A stretch of 64,000 nucleotides of DNA from Candidatus Omnitrophota bacterium (GCA_040753435.1 JBFMEN010000029.1:8173-72172), one strand, 5' to 3'; positions 47,760 to 57,608 are shown, numbered from the stretch's first letter. The notes: a model not told the origin generated them from the letters alone. Made by a program: numbers and translations.

Positions 47760-47792
47760 AAAAGGGTGATGGGTAAACGCCATCACCCTTTT
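47760..47792 (+). terminator. Rho-independent terminator
   Basis: AAAAGGGTGATGG-N7-CCATCACCCTTTT. Confidence 0.8.
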
Positions 47793-48003
47793 CATTTAAG
47801 ACGGTTTATTCCAGGGGAAGATTTGCAAATGTTATAAAAGTTTTCCATTTTTGGACAAAAAGAGCCGGGCCGTATTAAAAAAGAAAAAAACGCTGTTATT
47901 TTAGTTGTCATCTTTTTAAAAAAATGTTACCATATACCCATCTGTAAGCAGTTTCTAACCCGTTTAAGAGGAAAGACTTTTATTCTTTCGTCGCAAAATC
48001 AAT

Positions 48004-48594
48004 GTGATTAAAAAAAAGAAACAAGACGTTCGAAAAGCAATTTTAACCTTATTAAAGAATCAGAAGGAGGAAGATCGGCTTAGAAAAAGTTCAGCGATCA
48101 GGAAAGCTCTTTTTCAGGATCCTGGTTTTGTTCATTCTAAGACAGTTCTTTTTTATGCGTCACTGGCGGAAGAGGTAGAAACCTTCGAGATGATCCGGCA
48201 GGCCATGAAGGAAGGAAAACGCGTTGCACTGCCATGTATTAGTCGTCAACACAAAGAGATAATTCCAAGATTGATTTCCAACTTAGAGGAAGATTTGGAA
48301 TATGGTCCATACAATATCAAACAACCCAGAAGAACAGCACATCAGCAACAACTTGGTCTGGATAAGATCCATGTCGTGATTGTTCCGGCCGTCGCCTTTG
48401 ATAAAAAAAATAACAGGTTGGGGCGCGGCGCGGGTTATTATGACCGCTTATTGCAAAAACTTCCTTCAGGAATTCCTCAAATTGGCCTTGCGTTTGATTT
48501 CCAGATCCTGGAAACGCTGCCCCTCGAAGATCACGATTTTCCCGTGACCCGCGTTATTACCAATGAACTTTCTCAAGAATTGTCAGTGCCATAA
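48004..48594 (+). CDS. ygfA: 5-formyltetrahydrofolate cyclo-ligase
   Basis: VPAVAFD..NRLGRGAGYYDR, HDFPV. Confidence 0.95.
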   Translation: MIKKKKQDVRKAILTLLKNQKEEDRLRKSSAIRKALFQDPGFVHSKTVLFYASLAEEVETFEMIRQAMKEGKRVALPCISRQHKEIIPRLISNLEEDLEYGPYNIKQPRRTAHQQQLGLDKIHVVIVPAVAFDKKNNRLGRGAGYYDRLLQKLPSGIPQIGLAFDFQILETLPLEDHDFPVTRVITNELSQELSVP

Positions 48595-48715
48595 GAACTG
48601 TTTTAAAAGAAAAAAGCGGTAAAACCGCGAAAGTGTTTTTTAAAAGGAAAGGGCACAGCATGTTGTTTTTTTGGCTACAGGGAAAGACCTGTTTAATGAT
48701 AGAGAGGGGAAGTAT

Positions 48716-50290
48716 ATGTCTTTAGAGCCGGTTATTCAGAATTTTTTGGAAATATCTGTTTCGTTTATTATCGGATTGGCTATTGGTGTTGTCTGCCGAA
48801 CCTATTTTGCCAATAAAAAGATCAAGGAATCCGAAAACAAGGCTAAAGAGTTGAAGGATTTTGCGCAGCGGGAAGCAGACAGCCGGAGACGTGAAGCGGA
48901 ATTGGCCGGGAAAGATCTGATGTTAAAACTGCGCCAGGATTTTGAAAAACAAACGAAAGAGCGCCGTGAAGAATTGGCAGGTCTTGAAAAACGCCTTCTC
49001 CAGAAGGAGGAAAACCTGGAGAAAAGGGTAGATTTGCTGGAAAAGAAAGAAAAAGACATCAACGGGCGCTTTGAAATCCTTAAAGAAGGCGAATCCAGGG
49101 TCCAGAAAAGGGAACAGGAGTTGTCGGGGCTGATTGAGGAAGAGAAGAAGCGTCTGCAGGAAATTTCGACATTGACACAGGATCAGGCCAAAGAGATCCT
49201 TCTGTCGCGTCTTGACGAAGAGTTGATTCAGGAAAAAGCGACGCGGATCCGTAATGCCGAAGAAGAGATCAAGGATAAAAGTCAGAAGACCGCCAGAAAT
49301 ATTTTGACGACTGCGATCCAGCGCTGCGCCTCGGATCATACAGCGGAAACGACGGTAAGTGTGGTGCCGCTTCCCAGCGATGAAATGAAAGGACGCATTA
49401 TCGGGCGCGAAGGACGCAATATCCGTGCTCTTGAAATGGCAACCGGGGTCGATATCATTATAGATGATACTCCCGAGGCGGTCACGATTTCCGGTTTTGA
49501 TATGGTCAGACGGGAAGTCGCCCGTATGGCCCTTGAAAAACTGATTTCGGATGGCCGGATCCATCCGGGCCGTATCGAAGAGGTCGTCGAGAAAGCGAAG
49601 CAGGAGATCGAGGAAAAGATTAAAGAGGAAGGCGACAAGGCCGCCTTTGATTTGGGGATTCACAGGATGCATCCGGAGCTGTTGAAACTGGTCGGGCGTT
49701 TAAAGTACCGTACCAGCTTTGGGCAGAATGCCCTGGTTCATACAAAAGAGGTGGCAAGCCTCATGGGTATTATGGCGACCCAGCTCGGACTTGATCCCAA
49801 GGTTGCGGTTCGGGTCGGGCTTCTTCATGATATCGGCAAGATTGTTTCGGAGGAGGTCGAAGAAGGAACTCATGCGATTGTCGGCGCGAACCTTGCCAAA
49901 AAATATGGAGAGAACGAGGTTGTGGTGAACGCGATTGCGGCGCATCATGAGGAAGTAGAGTGTAAATCACTTTACGGCGTGCTTTTATGCGCAGCGGATG
50001 CCGTGAGCGCGGCACGTCCCGGCGCCAGGGCAGAAACGCTTGAAATTTATATTAAGCGTCTGGAAAGCCTGGAAAAGATCGCGAACTCGTTCAAGGGCGT
50101 TGAAAAGGCTTATGCGCTTCAGGCGGGGAGAGAAATCCGTGTTATGGTGTGTCCCGACAAGGTTAATGACGACGAGTCTTTGGTCATGGCGCGCGACATC
50201 CGCAAACGGATCGAACAGGATCTGGAGTATCCCGGACAAATTAAGGTCATGGTCGTTCGGGAGACCCGGGCGATCGAGTATGCGAAATAA
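48716..50290 (+). CDS. rny: Ribonuclease Y
   Basis: N-terminal TM, coiled coil, KH ([14 protein letters not shown]), HD (LLHDIGK), QAGREIRV. Confidence 0.97.
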   Translation: MSLEPVIQNFLEISVSFIIGLAIGVVCRTYFANKKIKESENKAKELKDFAQREADSRRREAELAGKDLMLKLRQDFEKQTKERREELAGLEKRLLQKEENLEKRVDLLEKKEKDINGRFEILKEGESRVQKREQELSGLIEEEKKRLQEISTLTQDQAKEILLSRLDEELIQEKATRIRNAEEEIKDKSQKTARNILTTAIQRCASDHTAETTVSVVPLPSDEMKGRIIGREGRNIRALEMATGVDIIIDDTPEAVTISGFDMVRREVARMALEKLISDGRIHPGRIEEVVEKAKQEIEEKIKEEGDKAAFDLGIHRMHPELLKLVGRLKYRTSFGQNALVHTKEVASLMGIMATQLGLDPKVAVRVGLLHDIGKIVSEEVEEGTHAIVGANLAKKYGENEVVVNAIAAHHEEVECKSLYGVLLCAADAVSAARPGARAETLEIYIKRLESLEKIANSFKGVEKAYALQAGREIRVMVCPDKVNDDESLVMARDIRKRIEQDLEYPGQIKVMVVRETRAIEYAK

Positions 50291-50295
50291 TTTAA

Positions 50296-50372
50296 GTGCC
50301 CAGGTTCCCAAGTGCCCATGATCCCAGGAAAAGGGTTTCATGGGAACTTGGGTGCTTGGGAACTTGGGAACC
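50296..50372. repeat. 4+4 octamer hairpin between rny and ymdB
   Basis: GTGCCCAG GTTCCCAA GTGCCCAT GATCCCAG - 13-nt loop - TGGGAACT TGGGTGCT TGGGAACT TGGGAACC. Confidence 0.8.
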
Positions 50373-50374
50373 GT

Positions 50375-51160
50375 ATGAATATTCTATGCATCGGCGACAT
50401 CGTTGGAAAACCCGGAAGAAAAGTTTTGGAGGAAATTCTGCCGAAACTCAAGGAGGAGTTTTCTCTCGATTGCGTGGTCGCCAATGCTGAAAATGCCGCC
50501 GGAGGTTCCGGGCTCACTCCCCGTATTGCCGAACAGCTTTTCCGGGCCGGTTGCAATGTTCTGACTATGGGCGATCATGTTTTTGACCGGCCTGAACTTT
50601 TGGAATATTTTTCAGAGCAGCCCAATATTATTCGTCCTGAAAATTTTCCGTCGGGGAATCCGGGTCGTGGCTGGGTTCTTATTAAAACCCCAACCGCAGC
50701 AAAGGTCGCCGTTGTTAATCTGTTAGGGCGCGTTTTTATTAAACATTACACGGATTGTCCTTTTCAGAGGATCGATGCGCTTTTAAAAGACATTGCCAGA
50801 GAAACCCCTGTCGTGATTGTTGATTTTCATGCGGAAGCTACCAGCGAGAAGATAGCCATGGGATGGTTTCTTGATGGTCGGGTTTCCGCCGTTGTTGGGA
50901 CGCATACCCATATTCAAACCGCTGATGAAAGGGTTCTTCCGAAGGGAACCGCCTACATAACAGATCTTGGTATGACCGGCCCCTATGATTCCGTTATAGG
51001 CCAGGAACGGGAAAAAATCATTACCCGTTTTCTAACCGGTTTGCCGTCACGTTTTGAAGTGGCGGAAGAAAACCCGCTGTTATGCGGTGTTGTCATAGAG
51101 GTCGACGAAACGACCGGAAAGTCTCGAACAATCAGACGGATACAAAGGGGGTTGCAATGA
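50375..51160 (+). CDS. ymdB: YmdB/TIGR00282 metallophosphoesterase
   Basis: GDIVGKPG, NAENAAGG, DFHAEATSEK, GTHTH, TDLGMTG; follows rny. Confidence 0.95.
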   Translation: MNILCIGDIVGKPGRKVLEEILPKLKEEFSLDCVVANAENAAGGSGLTPRIAEQLFRAGCNVLTMGDHVFDRPELLEYFSEQPNIIRPENFPSGNPGRGWVLIKTPTAAKVAVVNLLGRVFIKHYTDCPFQRIDALLKDIARETPVVIVDFHAEATSEKIAMGWFLDGRVSAVVGTHTHIQTADERVLPKGTAYITDLGMTGPYDSVIGQEREKIITRFLTGLPSRFEVAEENPLLCGVVIEVDETTGKSRTIRRIQRGLQ

Positions 51161-51555
51161 GTCCGTGGGAAGGATTAAACCGGCGTAAATTTCCAAGAAT
51201 CAATTATCCGTGTCTCGTTACTGTCTGGCTTGAAGGGGAAGGCGGAGAGAATGACGCCCAGACTTTTTTAACACACACGGAAAATATCGGGATCGGCGGA
51301 GTGTGTCTTTTTTGTCATAACAGGCTTAAACTCTTTGATAAAGTCGAAATGGAGCTGGATTTGCTGGATATGGAGGATCATCTAAGGTGTAAAGGAAGGG
51401 TCGTCTGGGCAGTCCAGCGCAAAGAGCCGGAGAGCCGCAAACCGGTTATATTTGATATCGGTATTGAATTCGACGGGTTAAAAGAAGAAGAAACCGCGCG
51501 CATTTTAAAAATTGTTCGACAAATGGAAAAAAAACAGGAAGCAAGTCCATGGTGA
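51157..51555 (+). CDS. PilZ domain protein
   Basis: RRKFPR (RxxxR), NIGIGG, GRVVW, GIEF; ATGA overlap with the ymdB stop. Confidence 0.85.
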   Translation: MSPWEGLNRRKFPRINYPCLVTVWLEGEGGENDAQTFLTHTENIGIGGVCLFCHNRLKLFDKVEMELDLLDMEDHLRCKGRVVWAVQRKEPESRKPVIFDIGIEFDGLKEEETARILKIVRQMEKKQEASPW

Positions 51556-52880
51556 AAGTTCGTTTCGCTCCAAGCCCAACAGGATTTTTACATATAGGCG
51601 GAGCCCGCACAGCCTTGTTTAATTATATGTATGCGAGGTCCCAGCAGGGGTCTTTTGTGCTGCGCGTCGAGGACACGGACAGAAGCCGTTCCAGGGAGGA
51701 ATATCTTAACGAAATTACGGACAGTTTGCATTGGCTGGGCCTGGATTGGGATGAGTTTTACAAGCAAAGCGACCGGTTCGATCTTTACCGGGAACATGCG
51801 AAACGCCTTCTTGATAGCGGCGCTGCTTATGAAGACAACGGCGCGGTTGTACTGAAGATGCCCAGGCAGGAAGTCAAATTTTTTGATTTGATTCGCGGGG
51901 AAGTCGTGTTCGACACGTCGAACTTTGTGCAGCGGGATGAGGCGGGAAACAATCTGCTCGACAGCGAGGGGCGTCCGGTATTGAAGGATGAGGTTTTGAT
52001 CAAAGCTGACGGCTCGCCCGCCTACAGTTTCTGCTGTGTCGTGGACGACGCGCTGACTGAAATCACTCACGTCATTCGCGGCGAGGACCACATTCCCAAT
52101 ACGCCGAAACAAATTTTAATGTACCAGGCGCTTGGTTTTAAGGCGCCGAAATTCGCGCATATCCCCATGATTTTGAATGAAGAGGGCGGAAAGATGTCGA
52201 AGAGGACCGGCGCGGTTGCGGTGAGTGAATACCGGGCCAAAGGATTTCTGCCGGAAGCCCTGGTGAATTACCTGATGCTTTTGGGATGGTCGCCCGGAGG
52301 AGATCAGGAGTTGATGACGCTGGATTCCGCGATTAAAAAATTTTCCATCAAGAAGATCAACAAATCCTCCGCCGCGTTTTCAATGGACAAGCTGCGGTGG
52401 ATTAACGGGCAGTACGTCAGGCAGAAAAGCGATCAGGCCCTTGCGGATTTTGTGGCGCCTTTTCTTGAGAAGGGCGGGTGGATCGGCAAGGATTATGATA
52501 GAAAAAAACTCGAAGGCATTGTAAAATTATACAAAACCCGGATGGCGGATATCGATGAGTTTCTGGAAAGAACGCGTTATTTGTTTGAAGATGAATTTAA
52601 GGCCGGTGAAGAGGTTCTGAAGAGCGCAAATCTTTCCGGTGAGTGTTTTTCGGGATTGGCTCGGGTTCTTGAGGAGGCCGCTCCTTTTAATACCGCGGCA
52701 GTTGAAGCGCGTTTTCGGGAATTCGCGGATCAGCGCGCAATGAAGATGTCGGACCTGGTCCATCCTGTACGTTTGATTTTAACAGGAAGCGACGTCGGAC
52801 CGGGACTCTTTGAAACGATGGAAGTTCTCGGGCGGGAAAAGACGGTCAAACGGCTGAAGTCAGCAGCGGAAATTTCATAA
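51549..52880 (+). CDS. gltX: Glutamyl-tRNA synthetase
   Basis: RFAPSPTGFLHIGG, HVIRGEDH, KMSKR, anticodon-binding domain. Confidence 0.95.
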   Translation: MVKVRFAPSPTGFLHIGGARTALFNYMYARSQQGSFVLRVEDTDRSRSREEYLNEITDSLHWLGLDWDEFYKQSDRFDLYREHAKRLLDSGAAYEDNGAVVLKMPRQEVKFFDLIRGEVVFDTSNFVQRDEAGNNLLDSEGRPVLKDEVLIKADGSPAYSFCCVVDDALTEITHVIRGEDHIPNTPKQILMYQALGFKAPKFAHIPMILNEEGGKMSKRTGAVAVSEYRAKGFLPEALVNYLMLLGWSPGGDQELMTLDSAIKKFSIKKINKSSAAFSMDKLRWINGQYVRQKSDQALADFVAPFLEKGGWIGKDYDRKKLEGIVKLYKTRMADIDEFLERTRYLFEDEFKAGEEVLKSANLSGECFSGLARVLEEAAPFNTAAVEARFREFADQRAMKMSDLVHPVRLILTGSDVGPGLFETMEVLGREKTVKRLKSAAEIS

Positions 52881-52907
52881 AAATTTTGTCAATAAAAAGG
52901 GGAACTT

Positions 52908-53093
52908 ATGAAAAAACAATTGCTACTTGCAGTTTTATGTTTGTTGACGGCCGGTTGTTGCACGTCCGGCTTGAGAGAAGACCATCCTGTCCGTAAAGTC
53001 GAAGACAAAGCGGCTGAAGCGGGCAAAAAGGTCATAGAGTGCGCCGATGAATCGATAGAAAAAACACAGGACGCCCTTTTTTATGCAATGTGA
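52908..53093 (+). CDS. Small hypothetical lipoprotein
   Basis: MKK + hydrophobic stretch + LTAGC lipobox; SD AAGGGG. Confidence 0.6.
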   Translation: MKKQLLLAVLCLLTAGCCTSGLREDHPVRKVEDKAAEAGKKVIECADESIEKTQDALFYAM

Positions 53094-53181
53094 TTGTTAA
53101 GAGCCCGGGAAAAGAAAGAGGGGGGCCGAGACGAACATTTTAAAGTTTTCGGCTTTCTCCGATTTCAGGCGCTGTAATTTT

Positions 53182-53252
53182 TGGGACGTGGTGTAATGGT
53201 AACACCGATGACTCTGGATCATCTGTTCATGGTTCGAATCCATGCGTCCCAG
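53182..53252 (+). tRNA. tRNA-Gln (CTG)
   Basis: TGGGACG/CGTCCCA acceptor, GATGA-ct CTG ga-TCATC, GGTTCGAATCC. Confidence 0.95.
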
Positions 53253-53311
53253 TTTTTTGCATCAGTTGACGTTCGTCTGCGACAATTCGCACTCATCTCG
53301 AATACAGACGT

Positions 53312-53345
53312 AACCCCGCAAAGTTTTTTGCGGGGTTTTCTTTTT
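53312..53345 (+). terminator. Rho-independent terminator after tRNA-Gln
   Basis: AACCCCGCAAA-gtt-TTTGCGGGGTT followed by a T-rich tail. Confidence 0.75.
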
Positions 53346-53405
53346 AAGTTAACGTGGTTTGGAGATGGTTATTTGGTATATAATAATTCAATTAAGGAAA
53401 ATAAA

Positions 53406-54746
53406 ATGAAGAACCATTTTGCGTTAACCGCGATGCAGTCTCTTTCCCTGGGGTTTGCGATCTTGATCCTCATGGGAACATTTTTACTCATGCTTCCGAT
53501 ATCTGTAATGAGCGCGAAAACCGTTTCCTTTCTCGACGCACTTTTTACCGCGACATCCGCTGTTTCAACCACAGGTCTCGGCGTTGTCGATACAGGAAGT
53601 TTTTTCTCGCGATTCGGGCAGACGGTAATCCTTGTTTTGATTCAGATCGGCGGCCTCGGGTACATGATTTTTATCGGATTGCTTCTGCTCGGTTTCAAGA
53701 AACGGCTTTCTTTGGGGAATACTGAATTGTTGCATGAATCGATAGCGCGGCCTTCCTCGGAAGACGTAATAAAATTTTCAAAAAAAATTATCGTTTTTAC
53801 TGTTTTTTTTGAAGCCCTGGGACTGTTGCTCTTTATTTCTTATTGGAGCAGGTTTCTTCCTTTTCACGAGGCCCTTTATACGAGCTTGTTTCATTCCGTT
53901 TCAGCATTTTGTACCGCAGGGTTTAGCTTGTATTCCGACAGTCTTACGGCATATCGAGACAGTCTGTTTTTTAATTGTTCGGTTATGTTCATTTGTTTTT
54001 CCGGGAGCATCGGCTTTTTTGTTTTAAACGATCTGTATCTTTTTTTGAAAAAATTTTTCCGGAGAAAATATCCCTGGGGCTTTTCGGCACATACGAAACT
54101 GGCTGTTTCAGTGATGGGGCTTCTGATTATTGCCGGAATTTTTGTGATCTGTTTTTTAGGGGAAGCGGCGGTCGGCTCTACGTTTAAAGAACAAGTGGTA
54201 AACTCGACGTTCCAGGTTGTTTCGGCGGTAACTACGACGGGCTTTAATACGGTTGACATCGGAAGATTGAGCGATGCCGGTCTTTGGTTGATTGCTGTGT
54301 TGATGTTTGCAGGGGCTTGTCCCGGAGGTACGGCGGGGGGAATCAAGACAACAACATTGGGACTGATTTCATTGTCTGTTTATTCTCTGTTAATGGGAAG
54401 GGAAGGCGTTAATGTTTTTTACCGGCGGGTTCCTCAAGAAACAATCATGAGGGCTTACGCGATCGCGGTCATTGTTTTGATTTGGATTGTCATTGCGATG
54501 GGGATAATGCTTGTCAGCGAAAAGGAGGCGTCCGCGCTGGCCGTTTTATTTGAAATAACGTCTGCGGCCGGAACGGTCGGCTTATCCACGGGGATCACTT
54601 CTTCGTTAAGCGTGACAGGCAAGATTGTAATCATCATGACGATGTTTCTTGGACGGGTCGGACCCATTGCGATAGGATATTCATTGATAGGAAAGCCGCG
54701 ACCAGTTAATTTCGCTTATTCGAAAGCGCAAATCCTGGTCGGATAA
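53406..54746 (+). CDS. ktrB: Trk/Ktr K+ uptake membrane subunit (KtrB/TrkH)
   Basis: Four pore motifs: SAVSTTG, SAFCTAG, TTTG, SAAGTVG; GGIKTT; GRVGP. Confidence 0.92.
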   Translation: MKNHFALTAMQSLSLGFAILILMGTFLLMLPISVMSAKTVSFLDALFTATSAVSTTGLGVVDTGSFFSRFGQTVILVLIQIGGLGYMIFIGLLLLGFKKRLSLGNTELLHESIARPSSEDVIKFSKKIIVFTVFFEALGLLLFISYWSRFLPFHEALYTSLFHSVSAFCTAGFSLYSDSLTAYRDSLFFNCSVMFICFSGSIGFFVLNDLYLFLKKFFRRKYPWGFSAHTKLAVSVMGLLIIAGIFVICFLGEAAVGSTFKEQVVNSTFQVVSAVTTTGFNTVDIGRLSDAGLWLIAVLMFAGACPGGTAGGIKTTTLGLISLSVYSLLMGREGVNVFYRRVPQETIMRAYAIAVIVLIWIVIAMGIMLVSEKEASALAVLFEITSAAGTVGLSTGITSSLSVTGKIVIIMTMFLGRVGPIAIGYSLIGKPRPVNFAYSKAQILVG

Positions 54747-54761
54747 TCAGGAGGGGTTTTT

Positions 54762-55430
54762 ATGGAACAGTTTATGGTGATCGGTCTCGGAAATTTCGGG
54801 TTTAATGTTGCCTGTGCCTTATCAAAAGCCGGCAGAGATGTTATTGCGGTTGATGCAAACTGCAGACGGGTCGATGAAATCAGCGATAAAGTGCGAAAAG
54901 CCGTCACTGCCGACGCCAGTGATAAAAAGGCGATGGCCGATCTGATTTCATCCAACAAGGTCGACGTTGCCATAGTTTCTTTGGGGAACAATCTCGAGGC
55001 CAGTGTTCTGGCCACAGTTTTTCTTCGGGAAAAGAAAGTCAAAAAAATTATAACAAAGGCGTCGAACGCGGACCAGAGCACTGTTTTTCAGGCCATTGGC
55101 GCGAGCGAGGTGATTTTTCCTGAGCAGGAGATTGCTGAAAAACTCGCTTTAAGGCTAGTGAAGCCCAACTTCATCGACTATATTCCAATGGCGGAGGATT
55201 ACGGGATTATGGAGGTTGCGGTTCCGGATGAATTTGTCGGAAAAACGCTGGCCGAGCTTAAGTTGAGAAACAAGTATGGCGTTGAGATTATCGCGATAAA
55301 GAATATTCTTAGCAACAGTTTTGTCATGATTCCGAAAGCGGATTACAGGTTTGAGCCCGACACGGTTATGATTATCGTCGGCAAAAATGAAGACATTGAG
55401 AATGTGAGAGCAACCAGGCGTGAAATTTAA
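54762..55430 (+). CDS. ktrA: Trk/Ktr K+ uptake RCK subunit (KtrA/TrkA)
   Basis: IGLGNFG Rossmann motif, IFPE, GKTLAELKLR TrkA-C. Confidence 0.92.
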   Translation: MEQFMVIGLGNFGFNVACALSKAGRDVIAVDANCRRVDEISDKVRKAVTADASDKKAMADLISSNKVDVAIVSLGNNLEASVLATVFLREKKVKKIITKASNADQSTVFQAIGASEVIFPEQEIAEKLALRLVKPNFIDYIPMAEDYGIMEVAVPDEFVGKTLAELKLRNKYGVEIIAIKNILSNSFVMIPKADYRFEPDTVMIIVGKNEDIENVRATRREI

Positions 55431-55444
55431 GAAAGGCGGGCTTA

Positions 55445-57439
55445 ATGGCGCCCATCAAACGAACGCTCACTTTTTTTCCTGTTGTCGGGATTCTGTTTTT
55501 TTCAGGATGTTCTTCCATTCAATTAAATTCACGAGAGCAGCTTTCCCCGTCACTTAAAATTCTTTCCGAATTCCAAAAAGGCTTTCCGCTTCCGGCCCCA
55601 AGGTTTGTCCTTGCCGATCCGGGAAGCCCCGGCGTCGTTGATTATTCTTTGTTCGGCGAGGTCAAAGACGCGGGGACCGAATCTTACCGGTATGTAATCA
55701 GGGATGCGGAAGGGCTTAAAAAGGCAGTCGGAGCAGGCACCTATCCTAATGAGGACGGGATTTTAAGGGATCCTGAGTTCAAAAAATATAAAGACGCCGG
55801 GCTGATTAAAGGTTCGGCCTGGGACGCGCTTAATGATGAGGATCTTCAGAGGGCGTTTTATGTGTGGACGCGGGCGTATCATGAGGACAAAGGCGTGAAA
55901 ACTTTTTTCACCGCCCTTCTGCTTGAAAAATCCGGGCACATTCTTCAGGCCATTAAAACCTATTACGCGGGCATCATCCATTTTCCCCGATCCGCGTGCT
56001 TTGCAAAAGACGGCAGTTTTGTCTGGTATACGGCTCCGGTTGCCATGACCCATCTCAAACGGCTATGCCGGGATTACCCTGATCTTGATTTGGAGTATGT
56101 CGACGGTTTCTTTTCCATTCTGAATGGTCAGGACATTGATTTGAGCAATGATATTATTCACGCCCATCCCGGAGTTCTCGTGAAAAAGATGCTTGTTGAA
56201 AAAAAGAACGATCTGCGCAAATTTTTTGACCAACCGGTGATCGAAACACGGGGCGACGGACAGGTTCAACTGGTTAGATTTCAGAACGGACACTGGCAGC
56301 TTCGCGCAGACGGCGAGCCTTTTTTTATCAGAGGGATCAGTTATATGCCGACCGAGATCGGATTGGGCTCTGACGCGCTGGATCAATGGATGTTTTCTGA
56401 TAAAAACAAAAACGGAAAGATCGACGGCCCTTACGAGGCCTGGGCGGACCTCAACGGGAACGGACGGCAGGACAAGGAAGAGGCCGCTGTCGGGGATTTT
56501 CAGTTAATGAAAGATATCGGCGTAAATGCGATCCGTTTATACATTCCGAACAAAGGACTGGCGGAATATGATCCTGCGAGAGTCAATAAGGTTTTGTTGA
56601 GAAAAATGAAAGAACATTACGGCATATGGGTTGTTGCGGGAGATTTTCTTGGAGCGTATACGCTGGGTTCAGGGGCATCCTGGCAGGACGGGACTGATTA
56701 TACGGATCCCGAGCAGCGCCGGAAGATGAAAGAAACGGTCAGGGCCAAAGTCATGGACCTTAAGGATGAGCCCTTCATTTTAATGTGGCTGCTGGGGAAT
56801 GAAAATAATATGGCTTCTGATTATATGGGCGTTAATGCGGCTCGGACGAACGCGCGCCGTCACCCCGAGGCCTACGCAAAATTTCTCCAGGAAGTTGCAT
56901 TGATGATTCATGAGCTTGACCCGAACCATCCGGTCGCCGTCGGGAATGTCGAAACCGGTCTTTTGGAATATTATCAGCAGTTTTCACCCGCTATAGATAT
57001 CATCGGAGTCAATTCATATCAGGGCTCTTTGGGGTTCGGAGGCCTATGGCAGGAAGCAAAAACGAAATTCGACCGGCCGGTATTGATCACTGAATACGGC
57101 TGTGATGCTTATTTTCAGGGACGGGGCGAGGACGAAGACTCGCAGGAGGAGTATCACCGCGGGAATTTTCGCGATATTATTTTTAATCAGGCCGGCGGGC
57201 CGGGAGAGGGGAATGCCATCGGCGGCATGATTTTCGAGTATCTTGACGAATGGTGGAAGGATACCCGCGGCGATCCAAACGACTCACAACAACCCGGTTA
57301 CACGTTTCCGTTTCCTTTTCCTGACGGGCATTCCCATGAAGAGTGGCTTGGAATTATCAGCCAGGGATCAGGAAAAAACAGTCCTTTTGAGCGCCGTCCG
57401 CGTAAAGCATATTATTTTTATAAAGAAACCGCACGGTAA
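55445..57439 (+). CDS. Lipoprotein with clan GH-A (GH2-like TIM barrel) glycoside hydrolase domain
   Basis: FFSGC lipobox; GVNAIRLY, WLLGNE acid/base, ITEYG nucleophile, FEYLDEWWK. Confidence 0.8.
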   Translation: MAPIKRTLTFFPVVGILFFSGCSSIQLNSREQLSPSLKILSEFQKGFPLPAPRFVLADPGSPGVVDYSLFGEVKDAGTESYRYVIRDAEGLKKAVGAGTYPNEDGILRDPEFKKYKDAGLIKGSAWDALNDEDLQRAFYVWTRAYHEDKGVKTFFTALLLEKSGHILQAIKTYYAGIIHFPRSACFAKDGSFVWYTAPVAMTHLKRLCRDYPDLDLEYVDGFFSILNGQDIDLSNDIIHAHPGVLVKKMLVEKKNDLRKFFDQPVIETRGDGQVQLVRFQNGHWQLRADGEPFFIRGISYMPTEIGLGSDALDQWMFSDKNKNGKIDGPYEAWADLNGNGRQDKEEAAVGDFQLMKDIGVNAIRLYIPNKGLAEYDPARVNKVLLRKMKEHYGIWVVAGDFLGAYTLGSGASWQDGTDYTDPEQRRKMKETVRAKVMDLKDEPFILMWLLGNENNMASDYMGVNAARTNARRHPEAYAKFLQEVALMIHELDPNHPVAVGNVETGLLEYYQQFSPAIDIIGVNSYQGSLGFGGLWQEAKTKFDRPVLITEYGCDAYFQGRGEDEDSQEEYHRGNFRDIIFNQAGGPGEGNAIGGMIFEYLDEWWKDTRGDPNDSQQPGYTFPFPFPDGHSHEEWLGIISQGSGKNSPFERRPRKAYYFYKETAR

Positions 57440-57608
57440 AGATTCTCCGTATTGACATTTTTAAACAAGAGGGATAATCTATCTAAAATGATTTTAAGGT
57501 TTTTATAACGCTTTGTTAAATTTGCATACAGAAATTTGAAGTAATTGTAAAATTTTAAGTTCGTACGGCAGGCAGGTTTTTCCAAACAATCCGATAATAG
57601 AGAGAGCA

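Noticed and set aside
50312-50374. N-terminal extension of YmdB and small overlapping ORFs
   Set aside because: Read-through of the octamer hairpin; family homology begins at MNILCIGD
53181-53405. 75-aa N-terminal extension of KtrB in the ORF track
   Set aside because: Overlaps tRNA-Gln and its terminator; the real start is ATG 53406 after AAGGA
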